Assembly: GCA_036013055.1 (NCBI GenBank)
Contig: DASCQM010000003.1
Span: 71,360 to 135,359, forward strand
Direction of reading: 5' to 3'
Length of the DNA stretch: 64,000 nt
DNA from: Dehalococcoidia bacterium
GTDB lineage: Bacteria > Chloroflexota > Dehalococcoidia > UBA2979
Notes under the pieces: model-generated
The model's database searches: none
What the model saw: the letters and a program-made list of their open reading frames with translations, nothing else
Told to the model about the DNA's origin: nothing
Shown here: positions 47,113 to 56,379 of the stretch, in pieces
How the letters are laid out: the number at the start of each line of letters is the position of its first letter
How positions within the stretch are numbered: the stretch's first letter is position 1
Made by a program: the position numbers and the translations under genes

Positions 47113-48792
47113 TTGTCGAACGACCCCACACAGCGGCCACCTGACGCGCCGGACGCACCCGCCGATGGCAGCGCGGGCGACGGATCGGGCGGCGGATCCG
47201 GTCGCCTCTTCAGCTTCCTCAGTGGCGGCGGCGCGCAGACGAGCGTAGCCAGCGCCGCGGGCATCGTGATCGTTGGCTTCCTCGGCTCGCGCCTGCTCGG
47301 GCTGCTGCGTTCGGTCGCGATCGCCGACGCCTTCGGCACCGACCCGGAACTGGACGCGTACTGGGTCGCCTTCCGCCTCCCCGACCTGGTCTTCCAGGTG
47401 CTGGCCGGGGCCACGCTCTCTGCGGCCTTCATCCCGACGTTCAGCCGCGTCGCGCTGCGTGGCGGCGAGGCGGCGGCGTGGCGCCTCGCATCGAGCGTGC
47501 TCAACATCATCGCCGTCGCCACGCTCGTCGCAGCCGCCGCCGCCTTCGTGCTCGCGCCGTTGATCGTGCCGCTGCTCGCGCCCGGTCTGGGCGAAGACAG
47601 CGGGCGGCAGGACGAGCTTCACGCGCTGGCGGTCGAGCTGACGAGGATGATGCTGCTCTCGCCGATTTTCTTCGGCATCTCCGGGATGCTGACGGGGATG
47701 CTGCACGCGCGGCAACGCTTCCTCGCCCCGGCGCTCGCGCCGATGATCTACAACGCCTCGATCATCGTCGGTGCCATCGCGCTCGAGCCGGCGTTCGGGG
47801 TCCACGGCCTCGCGATCGGCGTGATCGCCGGTGCGGCGGGACACCTCGCCGTACAGCTCCCGGCGCTGCGCGGAACGGGGATGCGATGGCGTCCGACGCT
47901 CGATTTGCGATCGGACGGCGTCGCGGAGGTCGCGCGGCTAATGGGCCCGCGCGTGCTCGGGCTGGCGGCGGGGCAGATCAACCTCCTGGTGCTGATCTTC
48001 TTCGCCTCGTTCGTCGTGGACGGGGCCGTGAGCGCGATCAGCTACGCCTTCCTGATGATGATGCTGCCGGTGGGCGTCGTGGGCATGGCGATCTCCACGG
48101 CCGTCTTCCCCACACTGGCGCAGCAGGCAGCCGAACAGCAGATGGAGGCATTGCGCCGCTCCGTCAGCAGCAGCCTGCGCATGATCCTCTTCCTCGCGGT
48201 GCCCGCGTCCGCCGGACTGCTGCTGCTCGCCCAGCCGGCGGTGCGCTTGCTCTTCCAGCACGGCGCTTTCGACGCCACATCGACCGAGCTCGTCGTCGAC
48301 GCGCTGATGCTCTTCTCTGTCGCCGTCTTCGCCCATGCCGGCATCGAGATCCTCAGTCGCGGCTTCTACGCACTCTCGGACACGCGCACGCCGGTGCAGT
48401 TCGCGGTGCTGGCGATGCTCGCGAACGTGGCGCTCTGCGCCGCGCTCGTCGCGCCGTTCGGCATCCGAGGGTTGGCGGCGGCCGCATCGATGGCGGCGAT
48501 CGCCGAGTTCCTGCTGCTGCTGCGGACACTGCAGGTGCGGCTCGGGGGCCTCGATGGCAGGGCCCTGCGCCGCTCGGTGACGCACACGGTCGTCGCGACG
48601 ATCGTGATGGCGGAGGCCGTGGTGCTGCTGCTCGTGCTACTCGGAGCTGCGGGCGTCGACGATGCGAGCGTCAGTGGCGCGTTGCTCCTCAGCGTGGCCG
48701 GCGGCGGTGGCGGCCTCGCCGCGTTCGCGCTGGCGTCGATGCTGCTGCATAGCGAGGAGTACCGGGGCCTGATGCGGCGGCTGCGCCCCTAG
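47113..48792 (+). CDS. murJ: lipid II flippase MurJ
   Basis: GF.GSRLLGLLR...IA.AFG.....DAY..AFR.PD......AGA.LSAAFIP.F is the MurJ/MviN N-terminal signature. About 14 TM segments. Confidence 0.9.
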   Translation: MSNDPTQRPPDAPDAPADGSAGDGSGGGSGRLFSFLSGGGAQTSVASAAGIVIVGFLGSRLLGLLRSVAIADAFGTDPELDAYWVAFRLPDLVFQVLAGATLSAAFIPTFSRVALRGGEAAAWRLASSVLNIIAVATLVAAAAAFVLAPLIVPLLAPGLGEDSGRQDELHALAVELTRMMLLSPIFFGISGMLTGMLHARQRFLAPALAPMIYNASIIVGAIALEPAFGVHGLAIGVIAGAAGHLAVQLPALRGTGMRWRPTLDLRSDGVAEVARLMGPRVLGLAAGQINLLVLIFFASFVVDGAVSAISYAFLMMMLPVGVVGMAISTAVFPTLAQQAAEQQMEALRRSVSSSLRMILFLAVPASAGLLLLAQPAVRLLFQHGAFDATSTELVVDALMLFSVAVFAHAGIEILSRGFYALSDTRTPVQFAVLAMLANVALCAALVAPFGIRGLAAAASMAAIAEFLLLLRTLQVRLGGLDGRALRRSVTHTVVATIVMAEAVVLLLVLLGAAGVDDASVSGALLLSVAGGGGGLAAFALASMLLHSEEYRGLMRRLRP

Positions 48793-48873
48793 GCGGCAAC
48801 GTCGTCGTCGGGCGCGACTCGCCAACGCTGCTATACTGATACGGCCCCCCTCACTACAAGGGCACCCCACGAA

Positions 48874-48898
48874 CAGACGCGCTACGCGTCTGCGTTTC
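48874..48898 (+). terminator. hairpin CAGACGCG-CTA-CGCGTCTG followed by CGTTTC (possible murJ terminator or leader structure of the next gene)
   Basis: Perfect 8-bp stem read directly, 80 nt after the murJ stop and 55 nt before the next ATG. Confidence 0.35.
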
Positions 48899-48951
48899 GC
48901 GTGGTCCGTGACCCGACGATCCGAACATCGGGGGCATCGAAGGAGTACCCA

Positions 48952-49527
48952 ATGGCATTCGCCGACCGAGAACTGACCTGCCGCGACTGTTCGTCCCCGT
49001 TCGTCTTCACGTCGGGTGAGCAGGAGTTCTACGCGAGCAAGGGGTTGCAGAACGACCCCGTCCGCTGCCCGTCCTGCCGCACCCAGCGCAAGATGATGCG
49101 CCCCGAGGACCGCGACGACGCTCCCAGCTACGGCGTCTACGCCTCGTGGGGTGGTCGCACGCCGCGCCAGCTACACGTCGCTACCTGCTCCGGCTGCCAG
49201 CGTTCCGCTGAAGTTCCGTTCGTCCCGCGCGGCGACCGGCCCGTCTTCTGCTCCGACTGCTACAACGAGGAGCGCAGGCGCCAGGAGGCGGTTGAGACCG
49301 CCGAGTCCGAGGCGATGGCAGCACGCTCCGTCTCGACCGGCGGCAGCAGCGCGCCCGAGGTCGAGCTGGAGGGTTCCGGCCGCAGTGAAGACGCCGCGAC
49401 GGTGGCGGTCGCCGACGAGCCCGCGAGCGACGAGGCCGAGCAGCCTGCCGAGGAAGAGGAAGCGCGTCCGGTCGTCGCCGACACGGAGGCCGCCGCCGAC
49501 TCCACACCGGCGCCGATCACGGAGTAG
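48952..49527 (+). CDS. zinc-ribbon / CxxC-x17-CxxC domain protein with acidic tail
   Basis: ATG 48952 (GAAGGAG 6 nt upstream). CRDCSSPFVFTSGEQEFYASKGLQNDPVRCPSCR, then CSGCQRSAEVPFVPRGDRPVFCSDC, which is an exact CxxC-x17-CxxC. Confidence 0.75.
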   Translation: MAFADRELTCRDCSSPFVFTSGEQEFYASKGLQNDPVRCPSCRTQRKMMRPEDRDDAPSYGVYASWGGRTPRQLHVATCSGCQRSAEVPFVPRGDRPVFCSDCYNEERRRQEAVETAESEAMAARSVSTGGSSAPEVELEGSGRSEDAATVAVADEPASDEAEQPAEEEEARPVVADTEAAADSTPAPITE

Positions 49528-49561
49528 CCAGGCACCCGCGTCCGACGTCAACGGAAGACAC

Positions 49562-50533
49562 GTGAGAGCGACCAACTTCGCGATCGCTGCGGCGCTCACT
49601 GCACTTGCTCTGGTCGCCGTCGGCTGTAGTTCCGACGGCGACGATGACGCGGCGCAACAGACGCCGGTACCCGAGGCCCCCTTCATATCCGCACCGCGGG
49701 TTCAGTCGTGGGCGTACCAGCTTCAGGGCGAGGACGGGGCGGACCTCGACCTCGCACCGCTTATCGCCTCGGATTTCGATCTGTTCGTGATCGACTACAG
49801 CCGCGACGGCAGCGACGAGGGTCGATTCACCAGCGCCGAGATCTCCGCGCTGCGGGATGGTGGATCAGGCGGACGCACGGTCCTCGCCTACCTCAGCATC
49901 GGCGAGGCGGAGTCGTACCGCAGCTACTGGGACCCCGCCTGGGAGTCCGAGCCGCCACCCTGGCTCGGACCGACCAACCCCGAGTGGGAGGGGAACTACA
50001 AGGTCCGATACTGGGATCCCGCCTGGCTCAACATCGTCCTCGAGTACCGGGACGACATCCGCGAAGCGGGGTTCGACGGCGTCTACCTCGACATCATCGA
50101 CGCCTTCGAATTCTTCGGTCCCGACGGCGAGATGTTTGAGCAAGAGAACGCCGCCTCTGAGATGCTGAGCCTCGTCGCTCGCATCGCAGGATCCAGGCGG
50201 CAGCCGGGCTTGCTCGTCTTTGTCCAGAATGGCTCCGCCATCCTCGATGTGCCGGGGTTCGACGTCGCGAGCTACGTGCGGACGGTCGACGGGATCGGCC
50301 TGGAGGACACGTTCTACTTCGGCGACGCCGACGAGAACAATCCGCTTGATATCCAGTCGGAGGTCACCGACGTGATGGCCGCCTTCACATACAACGGCAA
50401 GCTCGTGCTCGCGGTCGACTACGTCACGGACGAGGCGAAGATCGCCGACTTCTGCACGCGCGCTCGCGACGAGGACTTCGTCCCGCTCACAACCGTGCGC
50501 GCGCTGGACAGGGTGCCGGAGCCGTGCCCCTGA
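49562..50533 (+). CDS. GH114-like (endo-alpha-1,4-polygalactosaminidase / TM1410-family) lipoprotein
   Basis: GTG 49562 within track ORF 49151..50533. Lipobox LVAVGC. Motifs: WAYQLQG, DLFVIDYS, AYLSIGEAESYRSYW, YKVRYWDP.W, and GFDGVYLDIIDAFE. Confidence 0.72.
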   Translation: MRATNFAIAAALTALALVAVGCSSDGDDDAAQQTPVPEAPFISAPRVQSWAYQLQGEDGADLDLAPLIASDFDLFVIDYSRDGSDEGRFTSAEISALRDGGSGGRTVLAYLSIGEAESYRSYWDPAWESEPPPWLGPTNPEWEGNYKVRYWDPAWLNIVLEYRDDIREAGFDGVYLDIIDAFEFFGPDGEMFEQENAASEMLSLVARIAGSRRQPGLLVFVQNGSAILDVPGFDVASYVRTVDGIGLEDTFYFGDADENNPLDIQSEVTDVMAAFTYNGKLVLAVDYVTDEAKIADFCTRARDEDFVPLTTVRALDRVPEPCP

Positions 50534-50536
50534 ACG

Positions 50537-50565
50537 TTGCCCCGCTCGCTGGCCCGTCCTACACT
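50537..50565 (+). promoter_or_regulatory. candidate promoter TTGCCC-17 nt-TACACT for the ileS leader
   Basis: TTGCCC at 50537-50542 and TACACT at 50560-50565, about 20 nt before Stem I of the T-box. Confidence 0.45.
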
Positions 50566-50583
50566 CGAAACAGAGGCTAAGAC

Positions 50584-50894
50584 GGAGCGAGTAGTCCGCC
50601 GCAGACGGCTGTACGAGCGAACCCGGGACGGTGTGAGCCGGGTGCGAGCCAGCGACGGACGAAGATCACTCCCGAGCCGCCGACCGAACCCTCGTCCCCA
50701 CCGTGCATCGACCGCACGCGGACGCAGGTAGTAAGCCCGGCCGGAGCGCCCACCGTTATCAGGGGCAGTGCCATCGGCGGCTGAACGCGGCCCGTGGTGC
50801 GGTGAGCGGTTCCTCATCGACGCGGTCGTGAGGAGCAACGCGGGTGGTACCGCGGGCGTATTGCCCGTCCTGCAACAGGGGCGGGCCTTCTTAT
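50584..50894 (+). promoter_or_regulatory. T-box riboswitch leader (Ile, specifier AUC) with terminator
   Basis: Elements read by eye:
- Stem I base GGAG (50584-87) / CUCC
- S-turn AGUA / GAA
- specifier AUC (50665-50667) followed by A
- AG-bulge-like AGCGA
- distal hairpin CCCGG-GACGGUGUGAG-CCGGG
- T-box motif AACGCGGGUGGUACCGCGGG (50837-50856)
- terminator GCCCGUCCUG-CAA-CAGGGGCGGGC followed by CUUCUUAU (50863-50894). Confidence 0.8.
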
Positions 50895-50942
50895 ACCCGC
50901 GGCACGGGCCGACCGACGCCCAACACAGCAGGAAGTACACCC

Positions 50943-53900
50943 ATGGCTGACCCCGTCTTCGACCCGATCTCATCCCGCGTCGATTTCGTCGCGCAGGAAG
51001 AGCAGATCATGGAGCAGTGGCGCGAGCGTGGCACGCCCGAGCAGTACCTGACGCGCAACGACGACGCAGAGCAGCGCTACTCCTTCATCGATGGCCCGAT
51101 CACGGCCAACAACCCGATGGGCGTCCACCACGCGTGGGGGCGCATGTACAAGGACCTGTTCCTGCGCTGGCGCACGATGCAGGGCTTCCGCCAGCGCTAC
51201 CAGAACGGCTTCGACGGCCAGGGGCTGTGGGTCGAGGTCGAGGTCGAGAAGGAACTCGGCTTCAGCTCGAAGCGCGATATCGAGCAGTACGGCATCGACC
51301 GCTTCGTCGAGGAGTGCAAGGCGCGCGTCGATCGCTTCGCCGCCGTGATCACGGAGCAGTCGAAGCGGCTCGGCTTCTGGATGGACTGGGACGACTCGTA
51401 CCACACGAAGTCGGACGAGAATAACTACACGATCTGGCACTTCCTCAAGGTCTGCCACGAACGCGGCTGGCTGTACGAGGGCACCGACTCGATGCCGTGG
51501 TGTCCGCGCTGCGGCACCGGTCTCTCGAACATGGAGATCGCGACCGAGGGCTATCGCGAGATCACGCACCAGAGTGTCTACCTGAAGTTCCCGCTACTCG
51601 ACCGCGAGAACGAGTCACTACTCGTCTGGACGACCACGCCGTGGACGCTCGCCGCGAACGTCTCCGCCGCGGTGCACCCGGAGCTGACGTACGTGCGCGC
51701 CCGGCGCGGTGACGAGGTCTTCTACCTGGCGAAGGCCACGCTGCCCGTGCTCCACGGCGAGGTCGAGATCGAGGCAGAGCTGCCCGGCAGCGAGCTGATC
51801 GGCCTCACCTACAGCGGGCCATTCGACGAGCTCGCGGCGCAGGACGGCGTCGAGCATCGCGTGATCGAGTGGGACGAGGTCGCCGAGGACGAAGGCACCG
51901 GCATCGTGCACATCGCGCCCGGCGGCGGGCACGACGACTTCCTGCTCGGCAAAGAGTACGACCTGCCCGTGCTCGCCCCGCTCAATGAGTCCGGCCATTA
52001 CATCGATGGCTACGGCGCGTTCGAAGGGCAATTCGCCGGCGACGTCGCGCCCGCCGTCTTCGCCTCGCTCGAGGAGAAGGGCGTGATGGAGCGCGTCGAG
52101 CCGATCACGCACCGCTATCCGGTCTGCTGGCGCTGCGACAACGAACTCGTCTTCCGCGTTGTCGACGAGTGGTTCATCTCGATGGACGAGTTGCGGCACG
52201 ACATGATGGAGATCACGCGCCGCATCAACTGGGTGCCCGCCTTCGGCATGGAGCGCGAGCTCGACTGGCTGCGCAACATGGACGACTGGATGATCTCCAA
52301 GAAGCGCTACTACGGCCTCGCGCTGCCGATCTGGAAGTGCGAGTGCGGCCACGTCGATGTGATGGGCAGCGAGACCGAACTCGAAGCGCGCGCCGTCGAG
52401 GGCTGGGACAAGTTCGCCGGCAACTCACCGCACCGCCCGTACGTCGACGCGGTGAAGCTCGGCTGCCCCGACTGCGGCGAGCAGATGTCGCGCATCCCGG
52501 ACGTCGGCAACCCCTGGCTCGATGCCGGCATCGTGCCCTTCTCCACGCTCGGCTACCGCCACGACAAGGGCGAAGGCTCGCAGTGGGCGGAATGGTTCCC
52601 GGCCGACTGGATCTCAGAGAGCTTCCCCGGGCAGTTCCGCAACTGGTTTTACTCGATGCTCGCCATGGGCGCGGCGCTCGAGAAGACCGAGCCCTTCCGC
52701 GCCACGTTCACCTACGCGCTGCTGCGCGACGAGAACGGCGAGGAGATGCACAAGAGTAAGGGCAACGCGATCTGGTTCGAGGACGCCGCCGACAAGATGG
52801 GCGTCGACGTGATGCGCTGGATGTACTCCCGCCACACGCCGGCGAACAACATGAACTTCGGCTACCACATCGGCGACGAGGTGCGCCGCAAGTTCCTGAT
52901 CCCGCTCTGGAACGTCTACTCGTTCTTCATCACGTACGCGAATCTCGACGGCTGGGATCCGGCGACGGCGAGCGAGCCAGAGGAAAAGCCGGAGCTGGAC
53001 CGCTGGATCCTCTCCGAGACGCATCTACTGACTCGCCACGTCACCGACTCGCTGGAGCGCTGGCGCCCGGAGGAGGCCGCGATGCACATCGAGGGCTACG
53101 TCGATGCTCTCTCGAACTGGTACGTGCGGCGCAGCCGAAGGCGCTTCTGGACGCCCGACGGCGAGGCGCCCGACGCCTCGGCGTACTGGACGCTCTACAC
53201 CTGCCTGACCACGCTCAGCCACGTGCTCGCACCCTTCACGCCATTCGTGACGGAGGCGATCTACGGCAACCTCGTCGGCGACAAGATCGCGGGCGCTCCT
53301 AGCTCGGTACACCTCGACGACTGGCCAACCGCCGATGAGGACGCGATCGACGAGAAGCTGTCGGCCGCGGTTGAGATCGTGCGTCGCATGGTCTCGCTCG
53401 GCCGTGGAGCGCGCTCGACCGCGCAGATCCGCGTGCGTCAGCCGCTGGCGACAGCCCTGCTGATCCCGCGCACCAGCGACGAGCGCCGAGCGTTGCAGCA
53501 GCTCAGCGAGCAGGTCGCCGAGGAGCTGAACGTGAAGCGCGTCGAGGTCGCGGAGGAGGGCGGCGACCGCCTGCGTTACCGCATCCGTCCCAATCTGCCA
53601 GTGCTCGGCCCACGCTTCGGTTCGGAGATCGGCCGCATCCGCGCCGCCATCGAAGCCGCCGACGCAGCCAATCTCGCGACGAAGATGCGCACCGGCCAGC
53701 CGATCGAGCTTGATGGCTTTGAGCTGACCGGGGCCGACCTGCTCGTCGATGTCGAAGCGAACGAGGGCTGGTCAGCATCCGAAGACGGTGGCTACGCGAC
53801 GCTGATCGACACCACGATCACGGCCGAGCTGGCGGCGGAGGGCTTCGCGCGCGAGATCGTGCGACGGCTACAGGACCTGCGACGCGACGCAGAGTTCGAG

Positions 53901-54092
53901 ATCTCGGACCGCATCCACGTCAGCTACCAGGGTGACGCGGAGGTGCAGGCCGTCTTCGCCGCACACGGCGACTACATCAGCGAGGAGACGCTGGCGCTCT
54001 CAGTCGAGGACGCGGCAGCGGCCGACAGCACGACATCAGTTGACGTCGAGATCGACGGTCACGCCGTCACGCTGGCGGTGACGAAGGCGTAG
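50943..54092 (+). CDS. ileS: isoleucine--tRNA ligase
   Basis: ATG 50943 within track ORF 50844..54092. PITANNPMGVHHAWGR (HIGH-type motif), KMHKSKGN (KMSKS-type motif), and Zn-binding CPRCG / CWRC motifs. Confidence 0.95.
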   Translation: MADPVFDPISSRVDFVAQEEQIMEQWRERGTPEQYLTRNDDAEQRYSFIDGPITANNPMGVHHAWGRMYKDLFLRWRTMQGFRQRYQNGFDGQGLWVEVEVEKELGFSSKRDIEQYGIDRFVEECKARVDRFAAVITEQSKRLGFWMDWDDSYHTKSDENNYTIWHFLKVCHERGWLYEGTDSMPWCPRCGTGLSNMEIATEGYREITHQSVYLKFPLLDRENESLLVWTTTPWTLAANVSAAVHPELTYVRARRGDEVFYLAKATLPVLHGEVEIEAELPGSELIGLTYSGPFDELAAQDGVEHRVIEWDEVAEDEGTGIVHIAPGGGHDDFLLGKEYDLPVLAPLNESGHYIDGYGAFEGQFAGDVAPAVFASLEEKGVMERVEPITHRYPVCWRCDNELVFRVVDEWFISMDELRHDMMEITRRINWVPAFGMERELDWLRNMDDWMISKKRYYGLALPIWKCECGHVDVMGSETELEARAVEGWDKFAGNSPHRPYVDAVKLGCPDCGEQMSRIPDVGNPWLDAGIVPFSTLGYRHDKGEGSQWAEWFPADWISESFPGQFRNWFYSMLAMGAALEKTEPFRATFTYALLRDENGEEMHKSKGNAIWFEDAADKMGVDVMRWMYSRHTPANNMNFGYHIGDEVRRKFLIPLWNVYSFFITYANLDGWDPATASEPEEKPELDRWILSETHLLTRHVTDSLERWRPEEAAMHIEGYVDALSNWYVRRSRRRFWTPDGEAPDASAYWTLYTCLTTLSHVLAPFTPFVTEAIYGNLVGDKIAGAPSSVHLDDWPTADEDAIDEKLSAAVEIVRRMVSLGRGARSTAQIRVRQPLATALLIPRTSDERRALQQLSEQVAEELNVKRVEVAEEGGDRLRYRIRPNLPVLGPRFGSEIGRIRAAIEAADAANLATKMRTGQPIELDGFELTGADLLVDVEANEGWSASEDGGYATLIDTTITAELAAEGFAREIVRRLQDLRRDAEFEISDRIHVSYQGDAEVQAVFAAHGDYISEETLALSVEDAAAADSTTSVDVEIDGHAVTLAVTKA

Positions 54093-54096
54093 CCGC

Positions 54097-55161
54097 CTAG
54101 CCCCACTCGTCCTCCTCGCGATCGGCGACTCGACGCGGGAGCGCCGGGCCGGCTTCCTCGACGGGTGCGACCGCGAGACCGCGCAGGAAGCGCCAGACGA
54201 CGCCCCAGTTAGACTCGCTCGCGCCGGCGTGGCCGTGACGCGGCTCCTCGCGCAGCACATGCGGGATCTCTGCGGAGATCTCCGCGCCTAAAAGCATCAG
54301 GTTGGCGCTGAGGTAGACGAAGAAGAGCAGCGCGATCACGCTCCCGAGCGAGCCGTAGACCACGTCGTAGTTCCCGATGTTCGCGACGTAGAGCGTGAAT
54401 CCGTGCTTCACGGCCTCGACGCCCAGCGTGGCGATCAGCGCCCCGGGCCAGACGTGGCGCAGGCGAATCTGCTGGTGCGGGAGCAGCCAGTAGAGGAAGA
54501 GGAAGGTGACGAAGGTGAGCACCACGGGAATTGCCAGCGCTCCCGCGTCCCAGAGCCACTCGAACCCCCCGAACTCGTTCGCCGACCGCACCTGCAGCAC
54601 CTGCCAGACGGCGGTCAGGGTGAGCGAGCTGAGATAGAACACCCCGATCACCGGCATCAATGAGTAGTCGATCAGCTTCGAGCGCAGTAGCGGGCGGCCA
54701 CGATCGACGTCGAAGACCACGTTGATCGAACCATTGATCACCCCGGCGAGCGTGCCGACGGTCCAGGTGGCGGCGATCAATGAGATCACGGTGACGGTTG
54801 GCCCGAGATCCGCGAGATCCCGCAACGAGTCCTCGAGACTCGTCTCCTTCACCGGTAGGGCGCGCACGATCGCGTCGAGCACGTCGGCCTGCACGCTCGC
54901 GTCGCGCAACACGATGCCGAAGGTCGAGATCGCCAGCACCGTCAGCGGGAAGAGTGCGAAGAGCGCGAAGTAAGAGATCGCCGCAGCCATGTGCGTGCAG
55001 CGGTCCTCGACGAAGCTAACGATCGCGCGTCGCAGCACCCGACGTGCGATCACCCACGGCGGCCGTGAGGTTGCGGAGTTCGAGTCTGCGGCAGCGGACA
55101 AATTGCCTCCCGGCACGAGACTGCACGCACGCATCGACGACAGCGCCTCGACGGAGCGCAC
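54097..55161 (-). CDS. YihY/BrkB-family membrane protein
   Basis: AAAISYFALFALFPL......... with six predicted TM segments, typical of YihY (formerly called RNase BN). Confidence 0.8.
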   Translation of the reverse strand: MRSVEALSSMRACSLVPGGNLSAAADSNSATSRPPWVIARRVLRRAIVSFVEDRCTHMAAAISYFALFALFPLTVLAISTFGIVLRDASVQADVLDAIVRALPVKETSLEDSLRDLADLGPTVTVISLIAATWTVGTLAGVINGSINVVFDVDRGRPLLRSKLIDYSLMPVIGVFYLSSLTLTAVWQVLQVRSANEFGGFEWLWDAGALAIPVVLTFVTFLFLYWLLPHQQIRLRHVWPGALIATLGVEAVKHGFTLYVANIGNYDVVYGSLGSVIALLFFVYLSANLMLLGAEISAEIPHVLREEPRHGHAGASESNWGVVWRFLRGLAVAPVEEAGPALPRRVADREEDEWG

Positions 55162-55181
55162 GCGCTCGGCGATCCTAGTGG

Positions 55182-56366
55182 ATGAGACCAGCGCGTACAG
55201 GGAGTGTCGCCGTGACCGACGGTGGAGGCCAGCAGGAGAGCGGCGGACTGGACGGCCTCGCGTTTCGACGCGTGGTGGTGAAGGTCGGAACGAACCTGCT
55301 CACAGGAGGCGGCGACCGCCTCGACGCTGACGAGATGGCGCGCATCGTCGCCCAGATCGCCACGCTGCGCGCGCGCGGCGGTGAGGCGATCGTCGTCAGC
55401 TCCGGCGCGATCGCGGCCGGACGCGAGCGCGTCAGCCCCGTCGAGGGTCGCGAACCACCCTCCGCTCAGGTGCTCGCCGCCGTCGGCCAGAGCCGCTTGA
55501 TGTCGTTCTGGGATGAGCTGTTTGCGGCGCGCGGCATCACCAGCGCGCAGGCACTGCTAACGCGCGGTGACCTCGATGACCGCCTCGGCTACCTGAACAC
55601 GCGGAACACGTTGCTCGCGCTGCTCGACCTTGATGTCGTGCCGATCGTGAACGAGAACGATGTGGTCTCCGTCGAAGAGATCGAGGCATCGGTGATCGGC
55701 GACAACGACAACCTCTCCGCGCAGGTCGCGAACCTGATCGACGCCGACCTGCTGCTGCTGCTCACCGACACCGCGGGCCTCTACACGGCAGACCCGACGA
55801 GCTCCGACGACGCCCGCCTGATCGAGACCGTCGACGTGATCGACGAAGACATCGAGGGGGCCGCGGCGGGCACCGCAGGACGGCGTGGCACCGGCGGCAT
55901 GCGCACGAAGGTCGAGGCCGCACGCATCGCGACACAGTCAGGCACGCACGTGATCATCGCGGACGGCAGGCGCCCGGGTACCGTGCTGCGGGCCTGCTTC
56001 AACGACAACCCCGGCACGCACTTCCTACCGACAGGCGACCGCCGCGAGAGCCGCCGCCGCTACCTGCTCTCCGGGCTGCCGGTGCGCGGTGTGATCGTCG
56101 TCGATCGCGGCGCGGAGCAGGCGCTGCGGGGCGACGGCACCTCGTTGCTGCCAGTCGGCGTCGCGGAGGTCAGCGGCGAGTTCGAACGCGGCGACGTGGT
56201 GCGCATCGAATCCTCGGACGGCACGCACATCGCGAGCGGGCAATCGAACTACAACGCGGAGGATGTCGCGCGGCTGAAAGGCGTGCGCTCGGACCACATC
56301 GTCGATGTGCTCGGGCACGAGCACGGCGAAGAGATCGTTCACCGCAACAACCTCGTGCTCGTGTAG
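55182..56366 (+). CDS. proB: glutamate 5-kinase (with PUA domain)
   Basis: VVVKVGTNLLT, VSSGAIAAG, P.VNENDVVS, GTGGM.TK, and a C-terminal PUA domain (G.I.VD.GA..AL...G.SLLP.GV..V.G.F.RGD.V). Confidence 0.9.
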   Translation: MRPARTGSVAVTDGGGQQESGGLDGLAFRRVVVKVGTNLLTGGGDRLDADEMARIVAQIATLRARGGEAIVVSSGAIAAGRERVSPVEGREPPSAQVLAAVGQSRLMSFWDELFAARGITSAQALLTRGDLDDRLGYLNTRNTLLALLDLDVVPIVNENDVVSVEEIEASVIGDNDNLSAQVANLIDADLLLLLTDTAGLYTADPTSSDDARLIETVDVIDEDIEGAAAGTAGRRGTGGMRTKVEAARIATQSGTHVIIADGRRPGTVLRACFNDNPGTHFLPTGDRRESRRRYLLSGLPVRGVIVVDRGAEQALRGDGTSLLPVGVAEVSGEFERGDVVRIESSDGTHIASGQSNYNAEDVARLKGVRSDHIVDVLGHEHGEEIVHRNNLVLV

Positions 56367-56379
56367 GATCGATCACCTC

